DNA of 64,000 bases from Vicugna vicugna (taxonomy: Eukaryota). This document shows positions 38,901 to 51,400 of the stretch, piece after piece. Numbering within the stretch: position 1 is the first letter of the stretch; each line of letters starts with the position of its first letter. The stretch is taken from contig MU058039.1 in assembly GCA_013265495.1 (NCBI GenBank), positions 2,591 through 66,590 of the forward strand. The letters are read 5' to 3'. The notes beneath the pieces were generated by a model. That model was not told the origin of the DNA. It saw only the letters and a program-made list of their open reading frames with translations, and searched no databases. The translations under genes and the position numbers were made by a program.

Positions 38901-39944
38901 GGATCTTGAAAAGAGTATGTTGAAAGTGGGAACTTTGTCTCAGGTGGCTTGACCCTGTTGACTTTACAAATAAAACAGCCAACTTATGGGACCAAAAAAT
39001 GAATTTATTCCTAAATAGCAGAGACTCACAATTCGGGACAAGAAGTCACAGCAAAAACCATGGACAAGTCCAACAAACAAAGAGGAACTGTTATTTTACA
39101 GAGAAAAAGGAGGTAGTTGGGAGGGGTTGTTTTGAAGCAAAGTATGTTGCAGAAAAGTGAAAGATCAGAGTGAAGACGGCTTCTCATTGGCTGAGTTGCT
39201 GGGGTAGTGGATTTCCCGTGGGAGATGCAATGTACATCTCTTCTTGTTGGGGTCTGTGATTGATGATTTTTTCCTGTTGATTCTTCTGTCGGGGTCTCTA
39301 ATTGACAGTTCTTCCTGAAACACCTGGAGTGGTACTGCCTGAGATCTCCCTTTTCTGGCCTCCCTACTCCATTTGAGTGAGATTTTCCTTTATTACTTTT
39401 CGTGCTCCAGAAGCCCACCTGAAATAAGGGTGTGAGTGCAAGCAGTTTATTTGGGAGGTAGGGGATGGGTCAGTGAGACGGGAGGGATGGAAACCAACAG
39501 AGAGTGCTTCCATAAGCAGATTACCCCTGTGAGTAATGGGGGTTCAGTCCTGTGGGGAACTCTGATAGACTGTGTGAAAACCACCTCCAAGTTTTCCCAG
39601 TCAAGGGCTGATGAAGCTGAGATATTTATGTTATCTCTGGTTCCTCACTGTTGTGGGCTACTGCAGGGGCCTTAAAGCTCTAGCACTTTCAGCCTGCCTC
39701 ATGGGCAGGTCTCAGGCAGAGGCTGCAGGCGCTCAGAAAGAAGCCAGCCATCAGCATATGGGCATGGTGAGTGCCTAGGCAAAGTGGGGTACCAACAGCA
39801 TTCACCACAGTCCTGTTTTTAATAACCATCCACGCAGTGCTCTGCACATCACAGGCATCATTTTGGAACACCTCTAGAAATGATTGCCTTTTCCTATGAA
39901 AATAGCTCTCTAAAACAATTCTATTTGGTGATCATACCAACTGG

Positions 39945-40485
39945 TAAACAGCTCACCTCCAAAATGACTCCCAACGATTCCTGACGCCTGGCATTCACAC
40001 CCTTGTGTCATCTCCTTCCACATTGCAGGTCTGAGGTTAATAGTTTACAGTAGAAGTGATGGCCTGACGCTACTGAGATTAAGTTGTAAATGACACCTGA
40101 GCTTCTATTTTGGAGGTGTTCAAGCCCTTTCTCTCAACTTAACTTTGGGAGAAGTTGGTTGCCATATCATTGAGGACAGAGACCACCTATGAAGAGGCCC
40201 AGGTAGCAAAGAACTCCTGCCAACAGCCAGGGAGGAACTGATGCCTTATTATATCCAAGTGCCTTCTGATATCCATCTTGGAAGCAGGTCCTGCACCCTA
40301 GTTAAACCTTGGAATGCCTGCAGCCTCCACCAATGGACTGACTGCTACCACATGAGGGACTAAGTCAGAACCACCCAGCTGGCAGCTCCCAGATTCTCGA
40401 CCTTCAGAAACTGTGTGAGCTGTTAAATGTTTGTTTTAAGCCACTGGGTTTGGGAGTAATTTGCTATGCAGCAATAGGTAACTTG
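39945..40485 (+). mobile_element. MaLR (MLT1-type) solo LTR
   Basis: 'tccaaaatgactcccaacgattcc', 'gaggcccaggtagcaaagaact', 'aaactgtgtgag...gttttaagccact...gcagcaatag'. Confidence 0.75.
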
Positions 40486-42499
40486 GATGCTGGGGTAAAA
40501 ATGCTGTAATTGATGTCTCTGGATTCCTTAAACAAGTTCCTAAACTTGTGAGATTGTTCTGTCAAGTCAGAGGGGATTATTGGCAATTTCCTCTTATCTT
40601 GCATAATGGAGAAATTAAAGGCCTGTGGCTCTGTTAGATTTTTAAAATGTAACAGAGTTTAACAGTCTTGCCTGATTTGAATTAATACAAGTGGTTTATA
40701 TGACAGTATTTTGAAGTGATTATAGTAATTAATAAAAATGACTATTTGGAAAGTGCCTGTTACATGTCTGGCCTGTTGCTGGCTTGCTCACTTCAAGGAC
40801 TACTCACTCTCGCACCAGTCAGCTAGGCAAAAGGAAAGAGAGCCTTAGAGTGTCTTATGCTGGGAATTAAATACACTGCCTCAGAAATGACACATGTCAT
40901 TTGCTCCCACTACTCATTGAACAGTCAGCCAACCACGATATAAATACAGTCTTACCATAAGGTTGAGATGGGGAGAGCTAGAAATATTTAAGGAACAACC
41001 TTAAAGACAAACACAATGAAAACAGTGTTATCATCACGATTTCACAGAACGTGCACACAGAGTTAAGATGTCCAATCCATAATCACTCAGCTAGTAAGCA
41101 AAGAAGGAAGCAGAGCCAGGTATGTCTGTTTTATATAGAGGTAAAGGTTCATTACCATTATTATTAAATTTTTACTTCAGTGTATCTAAGGCACTGAAGT
41201 AGGGAACAAAGAGAAGACTGAGGTCTCCAGTAAAAATAAAGGGACTCAAGATGCTGAGGTCTTGGGTGGGGGGCGGGGGAGGAGGAGTACAGGTGGAGAG
41301 AGAAAACAGATAAAAGAAGAGTTTTTACAAAAGAGTACATACACACTGTATGTGAAGCTCAGGAACAGGCAAAACAAATCTATTGAGTTATAAATCAGAA
41401 AGCAATTGACTCTAGCAGTTGTTGGCTCTGAAGAGAATTTCTTGGAGTGATGAAAATGTTCTATATATTGTTTTGGGTGGTGGTTTTGTGCATCTATATA
41501 ATTGTCAAGACTCATCAAAGTTAACTTATGATTTGTGCATTTATTTTATGTACATTAAAACTTAATTTTTTGAAGAAAAAGAGTGTCAAGATTATTGAGT
41601 GATCATGTAGGCTAGGGAAAACGGAGACATGTGAAAGAAGTCACACAACTTTACCATCATCTGTGGAAAGATGGGACCCAGGCAAGGCCATCATAAACAC
41701 TATGGCTTGTGACAGTGCCCGCTCTGGGCAGAGGGGTGAGAGAAAGGAGCCCCAGGGATTCATGGTTTAGCGAATTAAAGGCTCTGGGCTAACCCAGCCA
41801 TAGTGACCATCAGCTCTTATTTACTCCCTGGGTTGGTAAGTCTCAGCCTATTGAACCAGTTGTGGTGGCCCTCCACACTGTCATCATTTAAAGGGATACT
41901 GGGCCCCAAATTTGGCCTAAAAGGAGGCACAACCGTTTCCTACTCTGGAGCAGAAAGGACTGTGCCCTGGCCTGAGTAGAAATAGGCCTTTGCCCTTGTA
42001 TGAGTGAAGACTGTTCTGGATCTCAGTGGGATGAGACTGTCCCCCCGGATCAAGGTAGATCTAGAGAGTAGTCTGGCATGAGCAGAGGCCACACCCCATC
42101 CTGTCCTGTCTTGAACTAGGGGTGGAGGTGGTAATTGGTGACACAAGTCTTAAAGTATACTTTCCAAAAAGTTAAAAATTAGAACTCTTACAGATATTCA
42201 GAGGTTCATTTAACTTAATAATGAGGGAATTAGCAGGATTGGAATTTTGGTTAAGAGTAAACAGGTATATAGTCAGTGGAATAAAGAATCTTGAAATAAG
42301 ATTGCAAAGTTAGATACAAAACTAATGTCCTACAGAGCAATAAAACCATGACCTGTAAGGTTATCTTTTCTCCACAGAATCAGTTTGTGTCTATAAAAAA
42401 TATATGAAATGTACCAATTGTCTCCAAGTAAAATTTATCTATATAGTCTTCATCCTAATTAGTAGTAAAAAGCCAATCAAACAAGGCACATTTTACTAG

Positions 42500-42702
42500 A
42501 GCATTGGGTTCTCAAACTGGTGCAGTTTTAATCTCCAGGGGGCATTAGACGACCTGTGGAGACAGTTTGTGGGGAAGGGGGATGCTACTGACACGTGGTG
42601 GGTAGAGGCCAGGGATGCTTCCAACCATACAGAGGACAACCTGGCACAACAAAGAATTATCTGGCCCAAAATGTGAACAGTGCTGAGTTTAGGAAACCTT
42701 CC
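42500..42702. mobile_element. MER20 DNA transposon
   Basis: 'gggtagaggccagggatgct...caacaaagaattatctggcccaaaatgtgaacagtgctgag'. Confidence 0.8.
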
Positions 42703-43889
42703 TCTAAAATGATTTGTTAGTCTTTGGGTGGGGTTTTTAGAGTATGCTCCAGTATGACTTTGAAAATGCACACAAGATAACACAGTATTGTTTCCTTCTT
42801 TCCCAGTTTTTGATCATTTTTCTTAACACAAAATTGACAAAGTGTTGATAATTATTGAATCTGAGTAATGAATACATGGTGATTTTTGTGTATGTTTGCT
42901 TTCCCCCCTACATTAAAAGTTTTTTTAAAAAAACCCAGTAGATTCTGGTCTTTCGCTTATGGTCAGTGCCATGTACCAGTGGCCACAGCTTAAGAGCATG
43001 TTTAGACATAATATTTAAGTGTAAAGATGTTTCTCTTTTATGACTTGATTCCCAAACTCTGCCCATCTTTCAAGTCCAGGGACTCTCAATTCTAGCTACA
43101 TCTTAAATTCAGTCAGATTTTAAAAATCCAATGATTGGGATCCACTCTCAGCAGTTCTGGTGTGGTTTTCCTGGGGTAAGGTTCTTTTTTATCTTTTTTA
43201 TTTTTGAAGTTTACCAGATTTGGGACATTGTGGACATGCAACCTAAATCAATTAAGGAACTTCATATTATGAACTTGGTTTGAGGTGGGCTGGATGGGTA
43301 ATACCTTGCAGGGCAAATGAGAATACACCCTGAAGGAGGGCATACCTATCTTATGCCTAGGCCTCCACACATAAAACATCAAGAACAACAAAATACTATT
43401 AAGAATCCCTTGGGACAACAAAACCACAACTGAATGCTAAACAGCCATCAAAAAACAAGACTGGAACCTAGCAAAAAAGACCTTCTGCGACTGGAAACAT
43501 AAAGAGGGAGCCACAGCAGGATGGTAGGAGGGGTGTGCTCGCGATATAATTAGGCCACATACCCCTGGGGTGGGCAACTCACAATCGCTGATAACCTAAT
43601 GGGAGTTCCCTTATTTGCTATTTTTGCTTTTCTCTTTCAATTTCTAGAAGCCCTCAACTGTGAGATCCTCAGGCAATATGAATCCATACATTACAGTGAT
43701 AGCTAGCCCTGTTTGTCACTGGTAGGTAGATAACATTGTACCAGTTACTTCCCATAAACCCTACCCCACCTCAGGTCTTTATTGTAGTTGTTCCTGTTTG
43801 GATTATGGGGTTCATTTTCCACTCTACCCTCTATATGTAGATGTAGTGTTATATATTGTTTATTTCTAATCAGTATTAATTTCCACCTT

Positions 43890-43983
43890 TTTCTTTTTGT
43901 TGTTAATGGAGGTCCTGGGGATTGAACCCAGGACCTTGTGCATGCTAAACACACACTCTACTATTGAGCTATACCCCACCACT
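43890..43983 (-). mobile_element. tRNA-derived SINE (Vic-1-like, short)
   Basis: 'ggggattgaacccaggaccttgtgcatgcta...ttgagctataccc'. Confidence 0.75.
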
Positions 43984-44899
43984 CTAATTACCACTTATTT
44001 TTTTAATGCCCTCTCCTGTGTCTCAGGGGCTGGAAATTTCATTTTCTAGACTACTTGCCACTACAGCGCTGACTATAATCTAGTTACTGCCAATGAGATG
44101 CTTTCATATAAGATAAAGTAAGAAGGGAGGTAGAGGCCTTTCTACTTGATATACAGATTTCAGCAGATGCAGGCTTCTAACTCATCAAATACTAGCAAAT
44201 TACAGTTTCCTGTAATTTCTGACCTCCAAATGACAGGTTGATTAGTGTGATTTTAAAACCAGTGGCAATCTCCTGATGCTTGGCCCTCTAGCCCTTCCAA
44301 AGATTTGGAAGCATCTAATCCCCTATATTGAATCTCCTTCTGTTTGAAATACCTAGGATACCTAGAGATATTTCTATTTTCCTGCCCTGAATCCTCATAT
44401 ATGGGTTCTACTGCTTCCATGATAGCTGATTAGTTCACAGATCTACAGTTTAAGAGTGGGCCCATAACTTTATATAGGACCATTTATGTTCCTTCCACCT
44501 TGCCTATTACATCTCAAGGAATAAGTATCACTGAGTGATAGAACAGGTTATCTAATGTGTTCTGAGCAGCCCAGCCTATAACTTAACTGATAATGCTTTC
44601 ATGTTGAAGTAATTTGTGTCACTTTACTCCTTGTTACAGAGGAGTGGTAAAAAAGTGATGGGCTATGGGTAATTAATAGATTTGCCAAAAATGGGCCCAA
44701 GTCTCAGGTATACTTGTCATGCCAGTATATTATGTATTTGTCATGTCATGTCTACAGACAAGGACTTCTGAATCTTTTTTTTTAAATCACACACAGAGAC
44801 AAAAGAAAATATAAGCCTACCTTATTTTCTGGATTTGGGCAATAAGTATAAAGTAGGTTAAAAGGTGGTAATGTAGTTGAAGAAGTAGAAATTACTTGT

Positions 44900-45992
44900 A
44901 TGATTCTGAACTAGAACAAATAGTCCTAAAATTTATATGCAACCACAAAAGACCCAGAATTACCAAAGCAATCCTGAGGAAAAAGAACAAAGCTGGAGGC
45001 ATAACCCTCCCAGACTTCAGACAATACTATAGAGCTACAGTAGTCAAAACAGTATGGTATTGGCACAAAAAAACAGACATATGGATCAATGGAACAGAGT
45101 AGAGAGTCCAGAAATAAACCCAAGCACTTATGGTCAACTAATCTTCGACAAAGGAGGCAAGAATACAATGGAGAAAAGATAGTCTCTTCAGCAAGTGGTG
45201 TTGGGAAAGCTGGACAGCAGCATGTAAGTCAATGAAGCTAGAACACTCCCTCATACCATACACAAAAATAAACTCAAAATGGCTTAAAGACTTAAACATA
45301 AAACAGGACACCATAAATCTCCTGGAAGAGAACATAGGCAAAGCATTCTCTGATGTAAATTGTAGCAGTGTTTTCTTAGGTCAGTCTCCCAAGGCAAAAG
45401 AAATAAAAGCAAAAATAAACAAATGGGACCTAATCAAACTTAGAAGATTTTGCATAGCAAGGAAAACCGTAAACAAAACAAAAAGACAACCAACGGAATG
45501 GGAGAAAATATTTGCAAATGATGTGACTGACAGAGGCTTAATTTCCAAAATATGCAAACAGCTCAATATAATTAAAAAAAAAACACTCTATCAAAAAAAT
45601 AAGCAGGAGACCTAAATAGACATTTCTCCAAGGAAGACAGATGAATAACAGGCACATGGAAAGATGCTTATCGTTGCTAATTATTAGAGAAATGCCGTTC
45701 AAAACTACAGTGAGGTACTACCTCACACCAGTCAAATGGCCGTCATCAAAAAGTCTACAAATAATAAAGGCTGTAGAGAAAATAATAAAAGGAAGCCCTC
45801 CTACACTGTTGGTGGGAATGCAAATTGGCACAGCCACTACTGAGAACAGTATGGAGGTTCCTTAAAAAACTAAAAACAGAGTTACCATATGATGTGGCAA
45901 TCCCTTTCCTGGGCATATATCCAGAAAAGACAAAAACTCTAATTCGAAAAGATACACTCACCCCAAAATTTATAGAAGCACTATTTACAGTA
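44900..45992 (+). mobile_element. Relatively young LINE-1 ORF2 fragment, truncated at both ends
   Basis: ORFs read [20 protein letters not shown]..., [10 protein letters not shown]...[10 protein letters not shown] and [21 protein letters not shown]; similarity stops abruptly after 'gcactatttacagta'. Confidence 0.92.
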
Positions 45993-48900
45993 TCCTTCCA
46001 CCTGTCTGCTGGACCACGGGAAGACACAGGCCACTGGCCCTTAATAGAGCACAAGACACAGCCTTCACCTGCGTCTGCCAACCGCCAAATGACGCTCGGG
46101 CTCCCCTACAACCCAGGTTACCTTCCAGTGGCAACTGTGCTTGTGATTATCAAGCTAGCTGCCCTCTGCATCGCCCAGGAGCAGTGGGAGGGTGGGTTTC
46201 AACTCTGGCAAACTGGGTTGTTAGATGAGAAGAGGGAGAGAATACTAGGAAGATGATGGGAGGTAGGAAGGTGAGCCAGACTTTCTCTCCTCCGGTTACC
46301 AATAACCCATATCTCTGAATATGTACACCATCTTTGACACCGCCACAGCAGCAGTAGCAGCTGAAGTGGCGAGACACAAAGTAGACTCAAATCCAGATCT
46401 AGGTGGATGGTAATGGATTCAACTGGGGGTGGGGAGAGGGAGGATGAATTCTGGTGTGGTGGGCGGCGATGAAGATCCCCAAATCCCCATTCACAACAAG
46501 GGTCATGTCGCCTGAAAATCTGTTGACCTTGAGGGTGGGTCCTATGCTAGTGGGCAGAGGAAGCCCATGCCCTATGCCACACGGGGTGGGGGACGCTGCC
46601 CCTCCCAGTGCCTCCCTGGATTCTGTTGAAAGCCCCTTCTCTCTGTCATTCTTCCTCCCAGCCCCCCAACTTCTCTCCCTCACTCTAATTCCGCTTGGTA
46701 ATCCTGGCCTGGCTTTCTTACTCTTGGGAGCCCCAACAATCCATCCATCGATCCATCCACTTGTGCGTTTATCCATCCGTCCATCCTTCCATCTATGCGC
46801 TGGACCACAAGAAAACACAGGCCACAGACCCTTTATAGAGCACTGGACACAGTCTTGGCCTAAGCCAGTCAATTGCCGAGAGGCACTCCCTTTGCATCAG
46901 AACCTAGTCGACCTGTCGCATAGCAACCTGCTGTGTTGTGCTCAGGTCCCGCGCAGTCGCAGTTGGAAGGCACTCTTCAACTCTACCAGTCTGGGTAGTC
47001 TGAGGCGAGAGGGCCCAGGGAACAGAGGGGAGTTGATGAGAGGTAGGTAGGGTGCATCAGTCTTCCTCTTCCCATGTTACCGACATCCCAGATCTCTCTG
47101 GATGTCACCATCTTTAATGCCGCCTGCACTGACACCACCACTGTCACAATGGCAGCTGGACCTGGTGGCCAGACGCTCTGTAGGCTCAAATTCAGATCTG
47201 GGTTGGTGGGAATGCTGTCAAATGGGCAGAAGTGGGGACGTCGGGGGCGGGTCATGAAATCTGGTGCAGAGGACGGTGAAGAAAATCCCTAGTCCCAGCT
47301 TGAAGTGATGGTCCCTGTCGCCTGAAAATCCATTGACTCCTGAGAGTGGTACCTCCCCTAGACATGGGCAGAGGAGGCCCATGCCCTGGGGCCACAAGAG
47401 GTGGGGGGTGCCTGCTTCTCCCAGGAACTTCCAGGAATCTGTTGAAAGTCCCTACTCCCAGCCATTCTTCCTCCCCTGCCCTACAACATCTCTTCCCCAC
47501 CCCCCTTAATCTTGGCTTGGTAAGCCTGGCCTGGCAGGGAGCCTCAACAATACATCTATTCATCCATCCATCTTTCCATCCATCCATCCATCCATTTATC
47601 CCTCCATCTATCCGCTGGACAACTAGAAGACACAGGCCACAGGCCCTTAATAGTGCATTGGGCACAGCCTTCGCCTAACCCTGCCAACCACCAAACTGCA
47701 CCCGGTTCTGCCAAAGCCTAGCCGACAACGTATCGCACAGCAACTGGGCTTGTCACTGTGAAGCCAGTTGCCAGCTCACGCGCAGTTAGTGAGAGGTCTT
47801 CAACTCTGGGAAGCTGGGTTTGGGGGAAGGGGCAGCGGGGAGAAGACAGAGGGGAAGTGCTGGGAGGTAGGGTGGTGGCTGGACTTGGTGGTGAGATGCT
47901 CTGTGGACACAAACCCAGATTGGGGTGTGAGGTTATGGTGTCAAATGGGAGGCAGGGGAATAAAATCTGGTGCGATGAAGATCCCTAGTTCCTGCTCTAA
48001 GTTATGGTCTCTGTCACCCGAAAATTCATTGACCCTTGAGAGCTGCACCTCCCCTACACAAGGGCAGAAAAGGCCCAGGCCCTGGCGCCACACGGGCCAC
48101 ACAGGCGCGGTCTCTGCCTCTTCCAGTGCCCTCCGGGAGTCAGCTGAAAGCGCCTTCCCCCAGCGGTTCTTCCTCCCGCTCCCACCAGCCTCTCTCCCTA
48201 CCTCCTTTAATCCTGCTTGGCAAACCTGGCCTGGCCGGGCTTTCCTCTACTTTCGGGAGCCCAACAATCCAATTTTCCAGTCATCCATCCATTGACCCAT
48301 CCATTTATCCATCCGTCTTTCCGCTGGACCTCTGGAAGCCACGCCACAGGCCCTTTCAAAGAGTGTGGGACGCAGCTTTCACCCGCGCCTTCCAACCGCT
48401 AGCATCCTGGCTCCAGCAGTGCTTAGTCCTCCGCTTGCGCAGCTGGAGGGTGGGGTCAACTCCAGCGCAGTGGGTTTTCAGGGAGGAAGAGGGAGAGGAC
48501 AGAGGGAGATGGTGGGAGGTAGAGAGGGTGCGCCAGTCTTCCTCTCTTCAGGTTACCGATGTCCCAGATCTCTGCGGCAGTGGCTAGACCTAGTGGCGAG
48601 ATGCAGACACTGCCAGGTGCCTCTGTGGACATAAATCCGGATCGTGATGAGTGGGAATTGTGTCAAACGGGAGGAGAAAGGGGATGAAATCTGGTGAGGC
48701 AGGCAGTGATGAAGATCTCTCAATATCTACTGGAAGTGATAGTTGTATCGTTGGAAAATCCATTGACTCCTGAGAGCGGTACCTCCCCTGGATGTGGGCA
48801 GAGGAGGCCCATGCCCTATGCCACACGGGGACCCACATTGGGTATGGTCCCTGCCTCTCCCAGTGCCTTCCAGAAATCTGTTCAAAGTCCCTTCTCACCG

Positions 48901-51400
48901 TTTTCCTCAGCTCCCCAACCATTCTCCCCCCTCCCTTCACCTCCACCATCACTATCACCCAAAGGACATTCCCTGGAGTATCTGGCCAAGATGTTGAGGG
49001 TGCTGCCTCCTCTGTGTGGGAGAACCTTCCTCCTTGGACAGAGGTGATGATGCTTCCGCAAAGTGTCCCAGGACTCAGGGCTCTTTCCTCAGTAGTTGTC
49101 CCACTGACAGATTCCTGTCCCTCTTTGTCTTGTCCCCCCCATGGCTGGCCTCCCTTTGACAAAGCAGGGAAGCCATGTGGTGCTTCTCTCCTTCTGCCCT
49201 ACATCTGTGGCCTCAGAGAGAGGGCCAGGGGAGGGCTTGTTCTAAATTCCTGCTGTCCATGGTGGCTAGTCTCCTGATGCCTTTCTCCTGCCTTACTCAT
49301 GTATTTCTCCCCAGTCAAGTGCCCTAGGGAGCAGGAAATCCGGTCTTCATCCTACATGAAGGTCCTGAGACATGAGTTTGACTTGCTGATGGAAGAGCCT
49401 GCCCAGTGGGCTCCCCATTCCCTAGGTGGCCTGCCTGGTGTGGTCATATTCATTGGGCAAGTCTTTCTTGGCCTCCTATCCTGACAAGGATCTTCCTCCT
49501 CCTGGAGGGAAACATCCAAGCCATGATATAAGGCCATGTTTTGTTGAGGAAGAAATGAGGCCTGCATTGAACCAGCCAGCTAAGAGATGCCCTTGATTCT
49601 CTCCAGACAGGAGTTGGCAAGCAGGGCCCAGTCGGAGCCCCTTATTTCTGTCTAGAAGTACCCTGGGCATCATTTGGAGAGGTGGGCACATGAGGTAATC
49701 GGCTGTGTCTGAAGGCCTGGTGTTCAGGGCAAGAGGCAGCAGTATCTGGAGGAAAGACATATGTCCAATTCTGTAGTAAGAATTAAGCATGTCTGGGGGT
49801 TGGCCTGGCTGTGTTGATTTCCAGGCAAGGCATCTTAGTCTTTACTGTGCCTTAAGACAGACAGAAGAGCTTGGTAAATTGCCAGGATTCCAGACTTTGA
49901 AGCCAGCTGTTTCTGAATGTTGGCTCAGACATATACCACTGGTGGGCACTTGGGTCACTGACTAAAATTCTGTGTCAAGCCATTGTCACCTCTGCAGTGG
50001 TGATTATCAGGAAAGGGCTCTAATGGTTCTTGAAGGAACTAAAGTGAAGAAGAAGCAGTTTATTCCAGGCCCCGGTGATTCTCACTATCAGTTTTTTCAA
50101 AGGTTTTCCAGGCTCTGTCCCCTCCCATATCCCAGGTCCTGGTGGTGGCAGCACCCACCTCCTGGTACACCTGCTAAAACTCATCAGACCAAAAGGGAAA
50201 AGCAGTACCTTTCATTTGATGTGGATCATGCCACAAGGCAGTTCATTGATAGGTACAGGGGAGGTACAAACACACATTCATCATAGACACAGAGGGAAAT
50301 GCTTAGTCTGGACGGGAATGAAATCTCATCGATGAAGTTAAAAACGAAACAGAACTAACCAAGGAAATGTAAATGGGGTATGTCCAAATTCAGATCAGGG
50401 TGGGTGGGAAAGGTGTCAAATCGGGGCGGGGGGGGGGTGATGAAATCTAGCGAGGTGGGGGGAATGAAGGTCCCCAAGACCCCACTAAAGTAATGGTTGT
50501 GTGAACCGAAAATCCATGGACGGTGAGACCAGTACCTCTCCAAGACAGCCCCAGGGACACCCTTAACACCATCCGGAGGAGAGACACTGTTGCTAGGCTT
50601 CTGAACCTGTTTAGTCAACCTGACCCGGCTTTCCTCCACTTTCAGGAGCCCTAAATATCCATCTGTCCATCCTTCTATCCTTCTATCCATATATCTGTCC
50701 TCCCATTCATTCACTGGACTGGACCCCCCGGAGAAACTTTCACAGCTTTCGCCTGCCCCTGGCCTCCGCGGGAGGGCGATCCCGCACCCCCAGCGCCTGG
50801 AGGACTCCAGCTTAGTCACCCTGGTGATCACTGTGATGCGCACAGCGCTCTTTGCCTGCACATGCGCAGTTCAAGGCCAGGTGCGACCCTAGGACGCTGG
50901 GTGAAGTGGTGGTGCTGGGGAGAGAACAGGGCGGATGTGTGGGTAGGGAGGACCCTGTGCCCACCTTCTTCTACTCAGATTACCGAGATCTCACACATCT
51001 GAATCGCTGCTGCTCCTGCCACCAACACCAGCATGTCCGCCACCCTGGTGGAGGCTGGACTTGGTGACTAAACACAGACACACCGGGCACCTCTGTGGAC
51101 TCATTTTTGGGTCAGGGTGGATGCGAATGCTGTCACATGGAGCGGGGAGGGCTGGAATATGGTGAATTGACGGTGATTAATTTCCCCGAGTCCCCGCTGG
51201 AAGTGACGGTATCCACTGAAAATCTGTTTTCCCTGGTACCAGTACCTCCCCTAGTTGTGGACAGAGGAGGCCCCTGCCTCGGCGCCATATTCCAGGGGAC
51301 AGCTCTCTGCCTGTCTCAGCACCTTCCAGGAGATTGTTCAACGTTCCCCCTCCTGGCCTGTTCACCACCCCCACCACCTCCTGGGCATGGCCGGAGGGTC
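45993..51400. repeat. Diverged GC-rich tandem array of ~710-815 bp units (4 contiguous units, an interruption, then ~1.5 more)
   Basis: The anchor 'ctggac' followed by 'gaagacacaggccac'-like text recurs at ~46009, 46800, 47615, 48324, and in degenerate form at ~50719. 'aaatctgg'-like anchors recur at ~46447, 47257, 47963, 48688, 50443, 51158. Units also share 'gaaaatc..ttgac', 'gggcagaggaggcccatgcc' and (TCCA)n tracts. Confidence 0.9.

Noticed and set aside
46399..49277. Many 110-200 aa ORFs in the tandem array
   Set aside because: Frames and strands are not conserved between units and they include (TCCA)n-derived low-complexity peptide; expected from GC-rich DNA.
45993..51400. CRISPR-like array, miRNA cluster or tRNA/5S array interpretation
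   Set aside because: Mammalian context, no short identical repeats with unique spacers, and no conserved hairpin or Pol III A/B boxes that I could identify by eye.
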